From positions 704,001-768,000 of the forward strand of contig CAWIIP010000002.1 in the NCBI GenBank assembly GCA_963836235.1: a DNA stretch of 64,000 bases, written 5' to 3'. The translations under genes were made by a program, and so were the position numbers. Every line of letters begins with the position of its first letter. Position 1 is the stretch's first letter. The stretch comes from an uncultured Pseudomonadota bacterium (GTDB lineage Bacteria > Oederibacteriota > Muellerivitia > Muellerivitales > Muellerivitaceae). Under the pieces are notes generated by a model that worked only from the letters and a program-made list of their open reading frames with translations, had not been told where the DNA came from and made no database searches. Shown one piece after another: positions 42,468-52,957 of the stretch.

Positions 42468-44408
42468 ATGGCCGCCCCCACCCCTATCGAAACAGAAATG
42501 CAGGGATTCAACGGTTTGACCGTCGCGGCTTTTGAAAGCCGCATGGCCAAGGAAATGGAAGATCTCATTTCCCGCCACGGAGGCCTGCCCCGAGTGGCTC
42601 CCTCCATGCGAGAAATTCCCCTTTCGGAAAATAAGCTAGCCTTCAATTTTTTCGAGAATCTACAACAAGGCCATATTGATCTCGTCATTTTTATGACCGG
42701 TGTGGGGACTCGGACTCTTTTCCAAGCCCTGGAAGCCCACTATGCTCCCAGCCGTATCCAGAAAGCCTTCAAACACGCTTCCCTGGTGGCCCGCGGGCCC
42801 AAATCGGTAAAGGCTTTGACGGAAAAAAATATGCGGTCCTCGGTGGTCGTCCCCGAGCCCAATACTTGGCGGGAAGTCCTGGAAGCCTTGGACGGGCAAA
42901 GGCCCGTCAAGGGCTTGAAGATCGCCGTGCAGGAATATGGCGTCGCCAACCCCGAATTTCTCACGGCCTTGTTGGAAAGAGGGGCCAAGGAAGTTACCAG
43001 CGTACCCGTCTATCGTTGGGCCTTGCCCGAGGACACGAAGCCCCTGACCCACTTGATCGAATCCATTTTGGACGGCGAGGTGTCGGTAGCCCTTTTTACC
43101 AGCGCCCAACAGATTCGGAATATCTTTGAGTTGGCCAAGGGACTCGGCAAAAACCATGAACTCCAGGAAGCCCTCGGCCGGATAGTTATCGGTTCCATCG
43201 GATCGGTGTGCAGCGAGGCCCTCAAGGAATTCGGCCTAGGGCCCGACTTGGAACCGGAGCATCCCAAAATGGGATTCCTGGTCAAAGAAGTGGCCGAAAA
43301 ATCTTTCGAACTTTGCCAAAAGAAAGCCGCGGAGGCCGTGCGGATCAAACCCCGGGAACCCAAAACCCTCCCGGCCACCCCGAAGGACAGCCTCTTCCTG
43401 AAGGCCTGCCGCAAGGAACCGGTCACCAGTACGCCCCTTTGGATCATGCGCCAGGCGGGGCGGTATCTGCCTTCATATCGGGATATCCGCTCCAAGGTTT
43501 CCTTTTTGGAACTCTGCAAAACTCCTGAACTAGCCGCCGAAGTTACTGTAACCGCCCAGGAAACCCTGGGCGTGGACGCGGCCATCCTTTTCGCCGATAT
43601 CCTGCTGATCGCCGAACCCCTGGGTTTCGAATTATCCTTCGCCGAAAGCGGCGGACCCGTCATCCACAACCCTTTTAGGTCCGGCGAGGACCTGAAGCGG
43701 ATGGAAAACGTGGAAGCCGATTTCGATTTGAGTTACGTCATGAAAGCCATTCATTTAATCCGTTCCGGCCTCAAGCCTCATATTCCCCTCATCGGTTTTG
43801 CTGGGGCGCCTTTCACGCTGGCTTCCTATTTAATCGAGGGAGGAGGTTCCAAGGACTACCACAAAACTCGTTCCGTCCTGTCGGACATCAAGGTTTGGGA
43901 CGAACTCATGAAAAAACTGGTCGCGGCCACGGTTTCTTATCTCAATGCCCAGGTCCTAGCCGGGGCGCAAGCCGTGCAGTTGTTCGATTCTTGGGTGGGT
44001 ATCCTGGCACCCGAGGAGTTCCAGCGCCTAGTCCTTCCTTATTTAAAGTTTTTGATTCTGCACTTCAAACGCTTGCAGCCGGATATTCCCGTGATTTATT
44101 TCGGCACCCAGACCGCTCCCTTTTACTCTTGGTTCAAGCAAATCGGCGCGACCGTCATCGGAGTGGATTGGCGGATGGATTTGGATAAAGCCTGGAAGGA
44201 ATTGGGCGATGTGGCCATCCAGGGCAACCTGAATCCCGAGGTGCTGTTGACCAATCCCGCGACCGTTTGCGAGGAAACTGAAAAAATCCTTCGCCTCGTG
44301 AACGGCCGCCCCGGCCACATCTTCAACTTAGGCCACGGTATCCTGCCCCAGACACCCATGGAAAACGTCCAGGCGATGATCGAAACCGTCAAAAATTGGA
44401 AAATCTGA
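42468..44408 (+). CDS. hemE: Fused uroporphyrinogen-III synthase (HemD) / uroporphyrinogen decarboxylase (HemE)
   Basis: N-terminal AFESRMA, FMTGVG, ARGPK, VPVYRW, FTSA (HemD-like). C-terminal WIMRQAGRYLP, AILFADIL, QLFDSW, QGNLNP, IFNLGHGI (HemE). Confidence 0.92.
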   Translation: MAAPTPIETEMQGFNGLTVAAFESRMAKEMEDLISRHGGLPRVAPSMREIPLSENKLAFNFFENLQQGHIDLVIFMTGVGTRTLFQALEAHYAPSRIQKAFKHASLVARGPKSVKALTEKNMRSSVVVPEPNTWREVLEALDGQRPVKGLKIAVQEYGVANPEFLTALLERGAKEVTSVPVYRWALPEDTKPLTHLIESILDGEVSVALFTSAQQIRNIFELAKGLGKNHELQEALGRIVIGSIGSVCSEALKEFGLGPDLEPEHPKMGFLVKEVAEKSFELCQKKAAEAVRIKPREPKTLPATPKDSLFLKACRKEPVTSTPLWIMRQAGRYLPSYRDIRSKVSFLELCKTPELAAEVTVTAQETLGVDAAILFADILLIAEPLGFELSFAESGGPVIHNPFRSGEDLKRMENVEADFDLSYVMKAIHLIRSGLKPHIPLIGFAGAPFTLASYLIEGGGSKDYHKTRSVLSDIKVWDELMKKLVAATVSYLNAQVLAGAQAVQLFDSWVGILAPEEFQRLVLPYLKFLILHFKRLQPDIPVIYFGTQTAPFYSWFKQIGATVIGVDWRMDLDKAWKELGDVAIQGNLNPEVLLTNPATVCEETEKILRLVNGRPGHIFNLGHGILPQTPMENVQAMIETVKNWKI

Positions 44409-44498
44409 TAATCTCCAAAAGTTCTTCAATAACTCCCTGCTTTTGGAGTAACTTAGTGCGTTTTTGAAATCTCCCTATCTGTTTATCACGAGGACCCC

Positions 44499-45440
44499 TT
44501 GAACCATTCTTACGATGCTGTTTTATTGATCGGCTTCGGCGGCCCGGAAAAACCCGAGGATGTCGTTCCTTTCTTAGAGGACGTGACCGCGGGCCGGGGC
44601 ATCCCCATCGAGCGGCTCAAACTGGTGGCGAAGCAATACGAAAAAATCGGGGGGGTCTCTCCCTATAACAGGCTCACCCGTGAACAGGGTGATGCCCTGG
44701 AGAAACTCCTGAAATCCCGGGGACTCGATATTCCGGTGGTTTTAGGATTCGCCCACTATGCCCCCCGAATCGCCGACACCCTCACCGAACTGGCCAAGCA
44801 AAACAAAACCAAAGTCTTCGCCATCGTCATGGCGCCCCATCGCAGCCCCGCTTCCTTTGACAAATACGTGAACAAGGCTCAGGAAGCCCTGGAGTCCATC
44901 AAAGCGCTAGGATTGCCGGTCCCGGAAATAACTTATGCCCCCGAATGGCACACCCGGCCCGGCTTCATCAACGCGATTGCCCATCATATTCAAGAAGCCT
45001 TTGCCCAATTGACTCCTGGGGAAAAAGAACGCCATCGGGCGGAGCTGATCTTTACCACCCATAGCATCCCAAGGGCGATGGCCCACAAATCCCCCTATTC
45101 ACTTCAGTTCGAGGAAACCTGTCAGCAGGTCATGCCCAAGGTGGAAGTTCCTTATTACCAAACAGCCTATACCAGCCGCAGCGGCAGGCCTGAGGAAGCC
45201 TGGCTGGAGCCGGACCTGGGGGACTTTATCGAGCGGCGCACTTATGAAACCCTCTCCGCCTGCGTGGTGGCTCCCATCGGTTTTTTGGTGGATCACGTGG
45301 AAGTGCTTTACGATATCGACGTCCTGGCCCAAGAAAAGGCCAAATGGAAGAGTCTGCATTTGGTGCGCGCCAAGACCGTCGGCACCCATCCTTCCTTTAT
45401 TGCTATGCTGGCTTCCTTGGTGGAAGAAGCTATAAGTTAG
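44499..45440 (+). CDS. hemH: Ferrochelatase (probably coproporphyrin III ferrochelatase)
   Basis: FGGP, IGGVSP, FTTHSIP, SRSG...WLEPD, GFLVDHVEVLYDID. Confidence 0.93.
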   Translation: MNHSYDAVLLIGFGGPEKPEDVVPFLEDVTAGRGIPIERLKLVAKQYEKIGGVSPYNRLTREQGDALEKLLKSRGLDIPVVLGFAHYAPRIADTLTELAKQNKTKVFAIVMAPHRSPASFDKYVNKAQEALESIKALGLPVPEITYAPEWHTRPGFINAIAHHIQEAFAQLTPGEKERHRAELIFTTHSIPRAMAHKSPYSLQFEETCQQVMPKVEVPYYQTAYTSRSGRPEEAWLEPDLGDFIERRTYETLSACVVAPIGFLVDHVEVLYDIDVLAQEKAKWKSLHLVRAKTVGTHPSFIAMLASLVEEAIS

Positions 45441-45475
45441 GTGTCATTAATTTTTTCAAATAAGGACCAATTGAA

Positions 45476-46888
45476 ATGTTCAGGGTAACCATCATCGGCG
45501 CGGGCGTCAGCGGCCTGGCCGCGGCCCATCGTCTATTGGAACTTTCCAAGGAGAAAAATTTCCCGTTGGAATTAAACATCCTGGACGCGGGTGAAAAAGC
45601 CGGGGGCACGTTAAGCACGGTCGAAGATAATGGCTTTGTGATGGAAGAAGGCCCCGATTGTTTTATCACCGAAAAACCGGCGGCATTGGAACTCTGCAAA
45701 AAACTGGGCCTGGAAGACCAACTCATCAAGACCAACCAGTCCCTCAAGCAATCCTTCATCTTAAAAGGCACGAAGCTCTACCCCATTCCGGAGGGCTTTT
45801 ACATGCTGGCCCCCTCCCGTTTAATGCCGCTCATGACGACCTCCCTGCTATCCCCCCTTGGAAAGTTACGGGCGGCCTTGGAGCCTTTTGTGAAGGTTCG
45901 CCGGGACCCCCAGGATGAAAGCGTGGGCCATTTCGTCCGGCGCCGCCTGGGAAACGAGGTATTTGAGGCCCTGGCCCAGCCCTTGATTGGCGGGGTCTAT
46001 AACGCCGATCCGGACGACCTGAGTTTGAACGCCTGCGTGCCCCGCTTCAAGGAAATGGAACTGAAGTACGGTTCCCTCCTCAAGGCCTTGGCCGCCCGGC
46101 GCCTGAACTCCCAGGCCCAGGTTTCCGGTGCCCGCTATTCCCTCTTCGTGAGTTTCAAAAAAGGCATGCAAACCTTGGCTGAAGCCTTGGCCGCGAAAAT
46201 ACCGGCCGAATCCCTATGGCTTCAAAGCCCCGTGGAATCCCTGAAACCCACGGACAAGGGAACTTGGGAAATAGCCGCCAATGGCCGGACCCAAGAAGTG
46301 GACGCCGTTGTCCTGGCTATTCAACCTTCTAAAATGCGTCCCTTGATCGGCCAGTTGGACAAGGAGTGGGATAAGCTTTTGTCGGGTATCCCCGCCCATG
46401 ATTCGGCAACCCTGAACCTGGGCTTCCGCCGCCAGGACGTGGATCACCCTCTGGATGGTTTCGGTTTCGTGGTTCCCTCCCGGGAGAAAAAACTGATCGT
46501 AGGTTGTACTTTCGCCAGTCAAAAATTTGAGGGCCGCGCTTTGGAGGGCAATGTGCTCTTAAGGGCTTTTCTAGGCTCGGAAGCGGTCCAGCAATTAAAA
46601 GCGGGTGGCGAATCCAGCCTGTTGGAAAAAGTCCTGGATGAATTGAAACCCATCTTAAACCTGCGAGGCCGGCCTATCGCCCACCATTTGGCGTCTTATA
46701 ATGCCTCCATGTCCTACTTCAGGCCCGGTCATTTAAGCCAGGCTTCCCGCCTCGAGCAAAAAGCCTCGGAGTCCAAGGGCCTTTATCTCGCGGGCAACGG
46801 CCTCAAGGGCGTCGGCATCCCCGACACGATCGCTTCCGGCCAATCCGCCGCCGAAAAAATATTTCAAACCATTTCAGCCGGGAGTTAA
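45476..46888 (+). CDS. hemY: Proto/coproporphyrinogen oxidase, HemY family
   Basis: GAGVSGL, EEGPDCF, DESVGHFVRRRLG, GFGFVVP, GVGIPD. Confidence 0.92.
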   Translation: MFRVTIIGAGVSGLAAAHRLLELSKEKNFPLELNILDAGEKAGGTLSTVEDNGFVMEEGPDCFITEKPAALELCKKLGLEDQLIKTNQSLKQSFILKGTKLYPIPEGFYMLAPSRLMPLMTTSLLSPLGKLRAALEPFVKVRRDPQDESVGHFVRRRLGNEVFEALAQPLIGGVYNADPDDLSLNACVPRFKEMELKYGSLLKALAARRLNSQAQVSGARYSLFVSFKKGMQTLAEALAAKIPAESLWLQSPVESLKPTDKGTWEIAANGRTQEVDAVVLAIQPSKMRPLIGQLDKEWDKLLSGIPAHDSATLNLGFRRQDVDHPLDGFGFVVPSREKKLIVGCTFASQKFEGRALEGNVLLRAFLGSEAVQQLKAGGESSLLEKVLDELKPILNLRGRPIAHHLASYNASMSYFRPGHLSQASRLEQKASESKGLYLAGNGLKGVGIPDTIASGQSAAEKIFQTISAGS

Positions 46889-46893
46889 ATCAA

Positions 46894-47466
46894 ATGCCAA
46901 GCGAAAAAGTCCAGAGTGAGCAAGCCAAACTTCTCATGTTGAACAAGCCCAAGGGCTACATCGTGACCCGTTCCGATGAGGAAGACCGAAAGACGGTCTA
47001 TACCCTCCTTCCCGATTGGGCCTATGAGAAAAACTGGAAACCCGTGGGACGGTTGGACCTGGATTCCAAAGGCCTTCTACTCTTTACCCGCAATGACAAG
47101 CTGGCCGACCGCATCACCCAGCCAGGTTCTTGCCTGAAAACCTACGAGGTCTGGGTGCGAGGCCTGGTCACCCAAACCCACATCAAGCAAGCCCTCAAGG
47201 GCGTGGAAAATTCGGGGGAATTGCTGAAAGCCTTCCAAGTTGAAATTAAGGGTGGCGCGGGCCACAAGACAAAGCTGGAAGTGGTTCTCGACGAGGGCAA
47301 AAACCGCCACATCCGCCGTTTATTTGGGAGCCTAAAGGACACTAAGTTTGGAACGCCTCTGAAGGTTTTGGAGTTGAAGCGAATCCGCATTGGCGGTTTG
47401 AACTTGGATGTGGAGTCAGGCAAGTGGAGGTTTCTGAACCAGGATGAGGAATTGTTGCTCTCTTAA
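46894..47466 (+). CDS. RNA pseudouridine synthase, RsuA/RluB/E family, no S4 domain
   Basis: LNKPKG, catalytic VGRLD..SKGLLLFT, EGKNRHIRR, LKRIRIG. Confidence 0.92.
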   Translation: MPSEKVQSEQAKLLMLNKPKGYIVTRSDEEDRKTVYTLLPDWAYEKNWKPVGRLDLDSKGLLLFTRNDKLADRITQPGSCLKTYEVWVRGLVTQTHIKQALKGVENSGELLKAFQVEIKGGAGHKTKLEVVLDEGKNRHIRRLFGSLKDTKFGTPLKVLELKRIRIGGLNLDVESGKWRFLNQDEELLLS

Positions 47467-47481
47467 AACATCTTGGCTTTT

Positions 47482-48123
47482 CTAGGCTTTGTTTTTCTCT
47501 AAGGCCATCTTCTTTATCTTTTCAATTAACAAAGGCCGTTCCGAATCCCAACCATCCAAAAACTCTTTAAACAAAAGGTCAGGCGGTAGTTTGTCAGGGT
47601 CGGCCCCTAGTCTAAAAAATATCGACCGAACCGCATTGTAACGAACCAAACGGTCCTTATCGGATCTAACAGCTTTCATCAACGCCTCAAAAGATAAATT
47701 ATCATCAAAGTTCCGGAGACCAAGCGCCGCGTTTATTCTCGTTGTCCAACCCACCGTTGAATCAAGAACACCAGCAATAATTTTAGAGGAATCCTGATAT
47801 TTCTCTATTTCCCATAAGGCTTCAGCGGCACAAACAACGATATTTTTGTCTAAGTGAGCCCGTAAGGAATTTAAAAGAGATTTTAACTTTTCAGAAGCCT
47901 TGATTGACTTCAATACTCCCAATGCTTTGATTGGTCGTTGGTCGTACCAAACAAGCCGCCAACTGCCGAGGCGTTTAATAAAAACATTTTCAAAATATTC
48001 TTTTTCTTCTCTGCTCAATGATTGCAGTTCCTCTTTCGGAAAATAAAGGTCCCGCCAACTTTCGGGCCAATCCACTAAACCTTCTTGAACTTTATTGAAA
48101 TTTGAACTTTTTACGAGATCCAA
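47482..48123 (-). CDS. HEAT-repeat hypothetical protein, AT-rich
   Basis: Repeated helical motifs AAEALWEI, RINAALGL, VRYNAVRSI. Confidence 0.7.
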   Translation of the reverse strand: MDLVKSSNFNKVQEGLVDWPESWRDLYFPKEELQSLSREEKEYFENVFIKRLGSWRLVWYDQRPIKALGVLKSIKASEKLKSLLNSLRAHLDKNIVVCAAEALWEIEKYQDSSKIIAGVLDSTVGWTTRINAALGLRNFDDNLSFEALMKAVRSDKDRLVRYNAVRSIFFRLGADPDKLPPDLLFKEFLDGWDSERPLLIEKIKKMALEKNKA

Positions 48124-48157
48124 GCTTGGCTTCTTTCACATGAATTCGAAATCAGTA

Positions 48158-49201
48158 TTAACGTTGTTCTTCCAAAAACGCCTTCACTTCCGCCACCACA
48201 TCCTCCACCTTGATTTCCGCCATGCAGAAATAGCCGTCGGTTCTCAGGCACTCGTGGCTCTTGCAGGGCGAGCACGTGGGATGGCGGGTGAGGACTTTCA
48301 CTTTCGTTCCCCAGGGCTTCCACACTTCCACCTCGTTGGCCGCCGAGAAAAGGCTGACCACGGGGATGCCGCAGGCGGCGGCCAAATGGCTGGCCCCCGA
48401 ATCGCAGCCGATGAAAACCCGACAATCCGTCATCAAGGCCGCCATCTGCCGCAATGAAAGCTTTCCCACTAAGTTGATGATCGGGCATTCCAGGCCATCC
48501 ACCACCTCTTGGGCGAACCCCAAATCGTACTCGCCCCCTAAAATAAGGATATCGGCTTGGGTGTTGGCGTGGAGCTCATGGATAAGCACCTCAAAACTTT
48601 CTTCCCGCCATCTTTTGGAAGGCGTGGCCGCACCGATATGGATGGCAATGCGGGGCATGGCGGGCAAAAGCTCCTGGGTGGGCAGGTGCTTTTCGGCTTC
48701 CTTACGGTCCTTTTCCTCAAACCACATTTCCAGCTTGCGATCCTCCGTCGTCACGCCGATAGCGTGGAGAAATTGAAGATTGCGGTCCACTTGGTGGATT
48801 TCGGAAGCGGGTTGGACCACTTTCTTCGTTAAAAAAGAGCTGACCCATCCCAGGTCCACCCCCACCCTTTCCTTAGCCCCGGAAAGCCCCGCTACCAGGG
48901 GGTCCAACCGGCTTTGATAACGAAAATCCAACAGTAAGTCGATGGTCTTGGATCGTAGGAATCGAATCAGTTTCCAGGCCGATTTCCATCGGTCCAGTGG
49001 CTTCTGTCCGGGTAAAAGCCAGAGGGCGTCAAAGAGATAAACCTCATCGAAATAAGGGCAAACCTTGGCCAGCTCTCCAACGGGCGAGGAAACCATGACC
49101 GAAATATGGGCGTCGGGATAGGCCTGGCGAAGGGCCCGGTAGGCGGGAATCCCCAAGATAAAATCCCCGATTCGGTCCAGCCTTAAGAGAAGAATTTCCA
49201 T
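48158..49201 (-). CDS. Glycosyltransferase family 9 (heptosyltransferase-like)
   Basis: RLDRIGD, SKRW, GCDSGASHLAAA, CSPC...C. Confidence 0.92.
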   Translation of the reverse strand: MEILLLRLDRIGDFILGIPAYRALRQAYPDAHISVMVSSPVGELAKVCPYFDEVYLFDALWLLPGQKPLDRWKSAWKLIRFLRSKTIDLLLDFRYQSRLDPLVAGLSGAKERVGVDLGWVSSFLTKKVVQPASEIHQVDRNLQFLHAIGVTTEDRKLEMWFEEKDRKEAEKHLPTQELLPAMPRIAIHIGAATPSKRWREESFEVLIHELHANTQADILILGGEYDLGFAQEVVDGLECPIINLVGKLSLRQMAALMTDCRVFIGCDSGASHLAAACGIPVVSLFSAANEVEVWKPWGTKVKVLTRHPTCSPCKSHECLRTDGYFCMAEIKVEDVVAEVKAFLEEQR

Positions 49202-49265
49202 AACGGGAACATCTTAACCGTGAAGCTACGAAGAAAAACCTGAAAAAAGCTCAAACGGCAAACGG

Positions 49266-49404
49266 GCCGCAAATCAGCTCAAATTTTCGCGGATTTAAGA
49301 GGCGAATCAAAAGAACTTCAAGAAAAGGCATCTCATCTTTTGGGTGAGGTTGTTGAATATTGTTTTTGTTTTAAAATCAGCGTCAATTTGCGCAAATTCG
49401 CGGC
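49266..49404. repeat. MITE-like element with 31-bp imperfect terminal inverted repeats
   Basis: 49266-49296 matches the reverse complement of 49374-49404 at 24 of 31 positions. Confidence 0.65.
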
Positions 49405-49421
49405 AAATGCCTTTTTTAGGT

Positions 49422-52400
49422 TTACCTCAAAACAACCACCTTGATGACTTTTCGAGCCGGGGTTCCGGTTTGGGGAGCCACCGTATCCAGGACAATCAAG
49501 TAAAGCCCGGAGGCGACTTCCTGGCCGGCGGCGTTGGTCAAATCCCAAACCACTTGGCCGGCGGACATATCCAAGGTTTTCACCAATTCCCGGCTGGTAT
49601 CGTAAAGTTTAAGGACGTGGCTCCCCGTCACCGGGATGCCGTCCACCATCGCCAAAAGACGGATGGTGCCACCGGAGTAAGTGATATTCGGTTGGGCGGA
49701 CAATTGAACTTGCACGGTCTGTGAAAGGGTCCCCACATAAACGGTGGTTTGCATCTGGGCGCTGGTCCCATCCGTAAAAATTTGGATCACCACCAGATGA
49801 TAAAACCCGTTGGGTACTATCTTGCCGCTGTTGTTCGTCGTGTCCCAGGTGGCCAGGATTTTTCCGTTCAGGAAGAGGGTCACAGTGCCTCCCCATCCCG
49901 AGGAGTTGGGAACAAACCTTGAAACTGTCAGGTTCAAATTTTGGGGATTCAGTACCCCCAGCGTTCCACACAGGCTTTTCACTAATTCGCCCTGCTGGTC
50001 GAATAGATTGACCGTTTCAAAAGCGCAGGAAGCGGCCGCCAAAGGCGTCCGGGTTCCCGTGGGGCTATAGGTCGGAGTCGAAGTGAAGATCGGCGTGGCG
50101 CTATAGGAAGGGGTAGGGGTGTAGCTGGGCGTAAAGCTATGGGTAGCGGCGGGGGTAAAAGTAAATGTGCCGAGCGGTAGTGTGTTGGTGGGTGATGGGG
50201 TAAAGGTCGGCGTATAGGTGGGGGTGTAGGTGTAAGTGGCGGTGGAACTAAACGTTGGAGTAAAAGAATAAGTAAATGTCATGGTTGGCACGGGTGTAAA
50301 GGTGGAGGTTCCCGCCGGCAAAGTACTGGTGGGGCTTGGAGTGGAGGTAGAGGTATAGGTGCTCGTGACCGTATAAGTCAAAGTCGGGGTATAGGAGGGC
50401 GTGTAGGAATAAGTAAACGTGGGCGTGTAGGTGAAGGTATCCGTCTCACCGGTGTCGGTGGGCGTAACGGTAGCCGTCGGGGTGGCTGTCCCTGTGGTCG
50501 TGGAAGTCGGAGTGTTCGTCGCGGTTTCGGCGAAGGTAGCGGTGGGCGTGGCCGTAACCGTGGTAGTGCCCGTATCAGTCACGGTTGAAGTAGAACTAGA
50601 TGTCGCCGAATTGGTAATCGTGGGAGTAACCGTATTCGAAGGTGTATCCGTGGGAGTGAAGGTCAGGGAACTGGTTGGCGTATCGGTCGTCGTTAAAGTT
50701 GGGGTTCCCGTGGGAGTTGAGGTTGGGGTATACGTCGCGGTATCGACGAAGGTAGCGGTAGCCGACCCGGTTGCCGTGTTCGTCCCGGTCATGGATGCGG
50801 TGGCCGTGGGGGAATCAGTGGTCGTATTCGTCGTCGTGCTGGTCGCGCTATTCGTGGCGGTTAGAGTCGCCGTTCCCGTAGGGGTGAAGGTCGCCGTATT
50901 TGTAGCGGTGTCGACAAAAGTATCGGTGGGAGTAAATGTAGGGGTGTAAGTGCCCGTATCAGTCGGGGTTGAGGTGAGAGTGGATGTCGCTGTACTGGTG
51001 GCGGTTGAAGTCGCCGTATTGGTTGCCGTCAAAGTAGCTGTTTCCGTGGCGGTTGAAGTTGTTGTGGAAGTAACCGTATAAGTCGCGGTCGAAGTAGGGG
51101 TGGATGTCGCCGTTGAAGTTGTGCTATTCGTCGCTGTCCCGGTGGCCGTATCTGTCGCTGTCTTTGTCGGAGTAGCCGTGGCCGTGGCGGTAGGGGTGTT
51201 CGTGGTCGAACTGGTAGCCGTGTTGGTAGCGGTATTTGTAGCCGTTAAAGTCGCCGTTCCCGTAGCGGTAAAGGTGGCGGTTTTGGTCGCTGTGGAAGTC
51301 GCCGTACTCGATGCTGTATTCGTAGCCGAACTGGTAGGACTGTCAGTTGGGGTATTCGTTGCCGTCAGGGTAGCCGTTCCCGTGGCGGTGGAGGTGGCTG
51401 TCTTGGTGGCTGTGAAGGTCGCTGTACCGGTTGCCGTATTTGTTCCCGTATTGGTGGCGGTGGCGGTAGGGCTGTTCGTCGCCGTAAAAGTGGCGGTCTT
51501 AGTTGGTGAGGAAGTGGCTGAGAGGGTAGGGCTAAAAGTCGGCGTCAGGGTGGGCGTGGCGGTAGGGGTATTCGTGGGCGTCGGGGTGCAGGCGGCGATA
51601 GTGGTAGTAACCGCCGATGAAATCACGCTGGCCAGGGGAATGGAGCTATTCGCTTCCCCGGTGTTGGCCAAGGTGATACCGCAATTGTTGACCGTCCCTG
51701 AAACCGTGAGGGCGCCGGAGGCCCCGCTCGCCAGGTTGCCCAAGCTCCAAACCACCTGCTGGCCTGTGACCAATGGTGAGCCGCTGGAAGAGACATAAGT
51801 CAGCCCCGCCGGGAGGGTATCGGTCACCGTGACGTTATAGGCCGGAGCGAGCTTGACGATGGAAACATTATCAAACTCCACGGTCGAACTACTGTTCACC
51901 TGAAGGCCCGCCTGTCCCGAACCGATGGCGAAATTGGCGGCCGTGGGGGCGATCACCTGGGTGCCGTTGACGGAAAGGGACAAGGTGGCCGTCGTTCCCG
52001 AACCGGATACCTGAAAAAGAACCGTTATCCAGGTCCCCGCGGTGATATTGGCGCTGCCCGTCGCCACGTTATGGAAAGTAGCGGTGCCGTTGTCGTAATA
52101 ATTCACCGAAACGTTGTTGGCGGTTCCCGTCGTCAGGTCGGCTTGATAGTTCGAACCGTTCGCCACCGTCGGTGTGTTGGTGCCCGTAAAACGCCAAAGA
52201 AGCACGCCCGATTGACCGGCGGTGGGGATCTTCATGTCCGCTTGGATGGAGCCATCCCCCACCTGGCCCGCGCAAGTATTGAGAAGGTTCGGATACTGGC
52301 CGTTGGGCGCGACGCCTTGGACCGCCTTGGTTCCAGGGTCGCTGGGGCCGTTATCGGCAAACGTCGTCCAGGTTCCACCTGAATCGGTCCAGCCGGTTGG

Positions 52401-52619
52401 CTGGGCCCCTAAAGTATCTCCCTCGAAAGTATCCGAACAGATCGTGTTGCTATTAGCGTTGGCGTAATTAAGGATATAAGTAATGGGGCTGCCCGAGGCG
52501 GCGGAAGCGACGTTGACGGACTTGGTCAAGGTGATTTGGGCGGAAAGGGGCGAGGCCCCCAAGAGTAAAAAGGCGGATAGAACAGAAAGAAGATAAACGA
52601 AACTTTTTAATCGACCCAC
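49422..52619 (-). CDS. Secreted surface protein: DUF11-like domain, lectin-like beta domain, long Thr/Pro-rich stalk, C-terminal FlgD-Ig-like domains
   Basis: Signal peptide; LTKSV...ITY and [16 protein letters not shown]...VVWSLGNL (DUF11-like); ~530 aa of TxTxT repeats; [16 protein letters not shown] and [16 protein letters not shown]. Confidence 0.85.
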   Translation of the reverse strand: MGRLKSFVYLLSVLSAFLLLGASPLSAQITLTKSVNVASAASGSPITYILNYANANSNTICSDTFEGDTLGAQPTGWTDSGGTWTTFADNGPSDPGTKAVQGVAPNGQYPNLLNTCAGQVGDGSIQADMKIPTAGQSGVLLWRFTGTNTPTVANGSNYQADLTTGTANNVSVNYYDNGTATFHNVATGSANITAGTWITVLFQVSGSGTTATLSLSVNGTQVIAPTAANFAIGSGQAGLQVNSSSTVEFDNVSIVKLAPAYNVTVTDTLPAGLTYVSSSGSPLVTGQQVVWSLGNLASGASGALTVSGTVNNCGITLANTGEANSSIPLASVISSAVTTTIAACTPTPTNTPTATPTLTPTFSPTLSATSSPTKTATFTATNSPTATATNTGTNTATGTATFTATKTATSTATGTATLTATNTPTDSPTSSATNTASSTATSTATKTATFTATGTATLTATNTATNTATSSTTNTPTATATATPTKTATDTATGTATNSTTSTATSTPTSTATYTVTSTTTSTATETATLTATNTATSTATSTATSTLTSTPTDTGTYTPTFTPTDTFVDTATNTATFTPTGTATLTATNSATSTTTNTTTDSPTATASMTGTNTATGSATATFVDTATYTPTSTPTGTPTLTTTDTPTSSLTFTPTDTPSNTVTPTITNSATSSSTSTVTDTGTTTVTATPTATFAETATNTPTSTTTGTATPTATVTPTDTGETDTFTYTPTFTYSYTPSYTPTLTYTVTSTYTSTSTPSPTSTLPAGTSTFTPVPTMTFTYSFTPTFSSTATYTYTPTYTPTFTPSPTNTLPLGTFTFTPAATHSFTPSYTPTPSYSATPIFTSTPTYSPTGTRTPLAAASCAFETVNLFDQQGELVKSLCGTLGVLNPQNLNLTVSRFVPNSSGWGGTVTLFLNGKILATWDTTNNSGKIVPNGFYHLVVIQIFTDGTSAQMQTTVYVGTLSQTVQVQLSAQPNITYSGGTIRLLAMVDGIPVTGSHVLKLYDTSRELVKTLDMSAGQVVWDLTNAAGQEVASGLYLIVLDTVAPQTGTPARKVIKVVVLR

Positions 52620-52957
52620 AATACGGCTGCTCCGATAGTGTTGAGAGATGTTGTTTTTTGGCCGGGGACTACGACGAACCGGCTTCTTTTAAAAGAATGC
52701 CCAAATTATACCTATTTATAGCTTTATCACCACTGGGAGGAGGATGAATCCCCTGGGGGGCTTGTCCCTGGTAGGGATCGCCCGGACCCGCCCCAAGATA
52801 TGGATTTAAGGAAGGGAGAATAGGATTTTAAGCTGGCGGGATTGGATTCCTCGAATCGGCATGGCAGGGGCGCCCTGGAGGGTTATTGGAACGGTCTCTA
52901 ACCCGCCGCCTTCAAAGACTCTCACGCTAGATATTTTTCGGTTTTTTCGCCACCACT

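Noticed and set aside
44413-44448. 9-bp inverted repeat CTCCAAAAG / CTTTTGGAG between hemE and hemH
   Set aside because: Single short stem with a long loop and no U-tract; insufficient support for a terminator or element.
50030-51600. CRISPR-like periodicity and long Val/Ala plus-strand ORFs
   Set aside because: These are codon-level repeats of the Thr-rich stalk; there are no identical repeats with unique spacers and the ORFs are antisense shadows.
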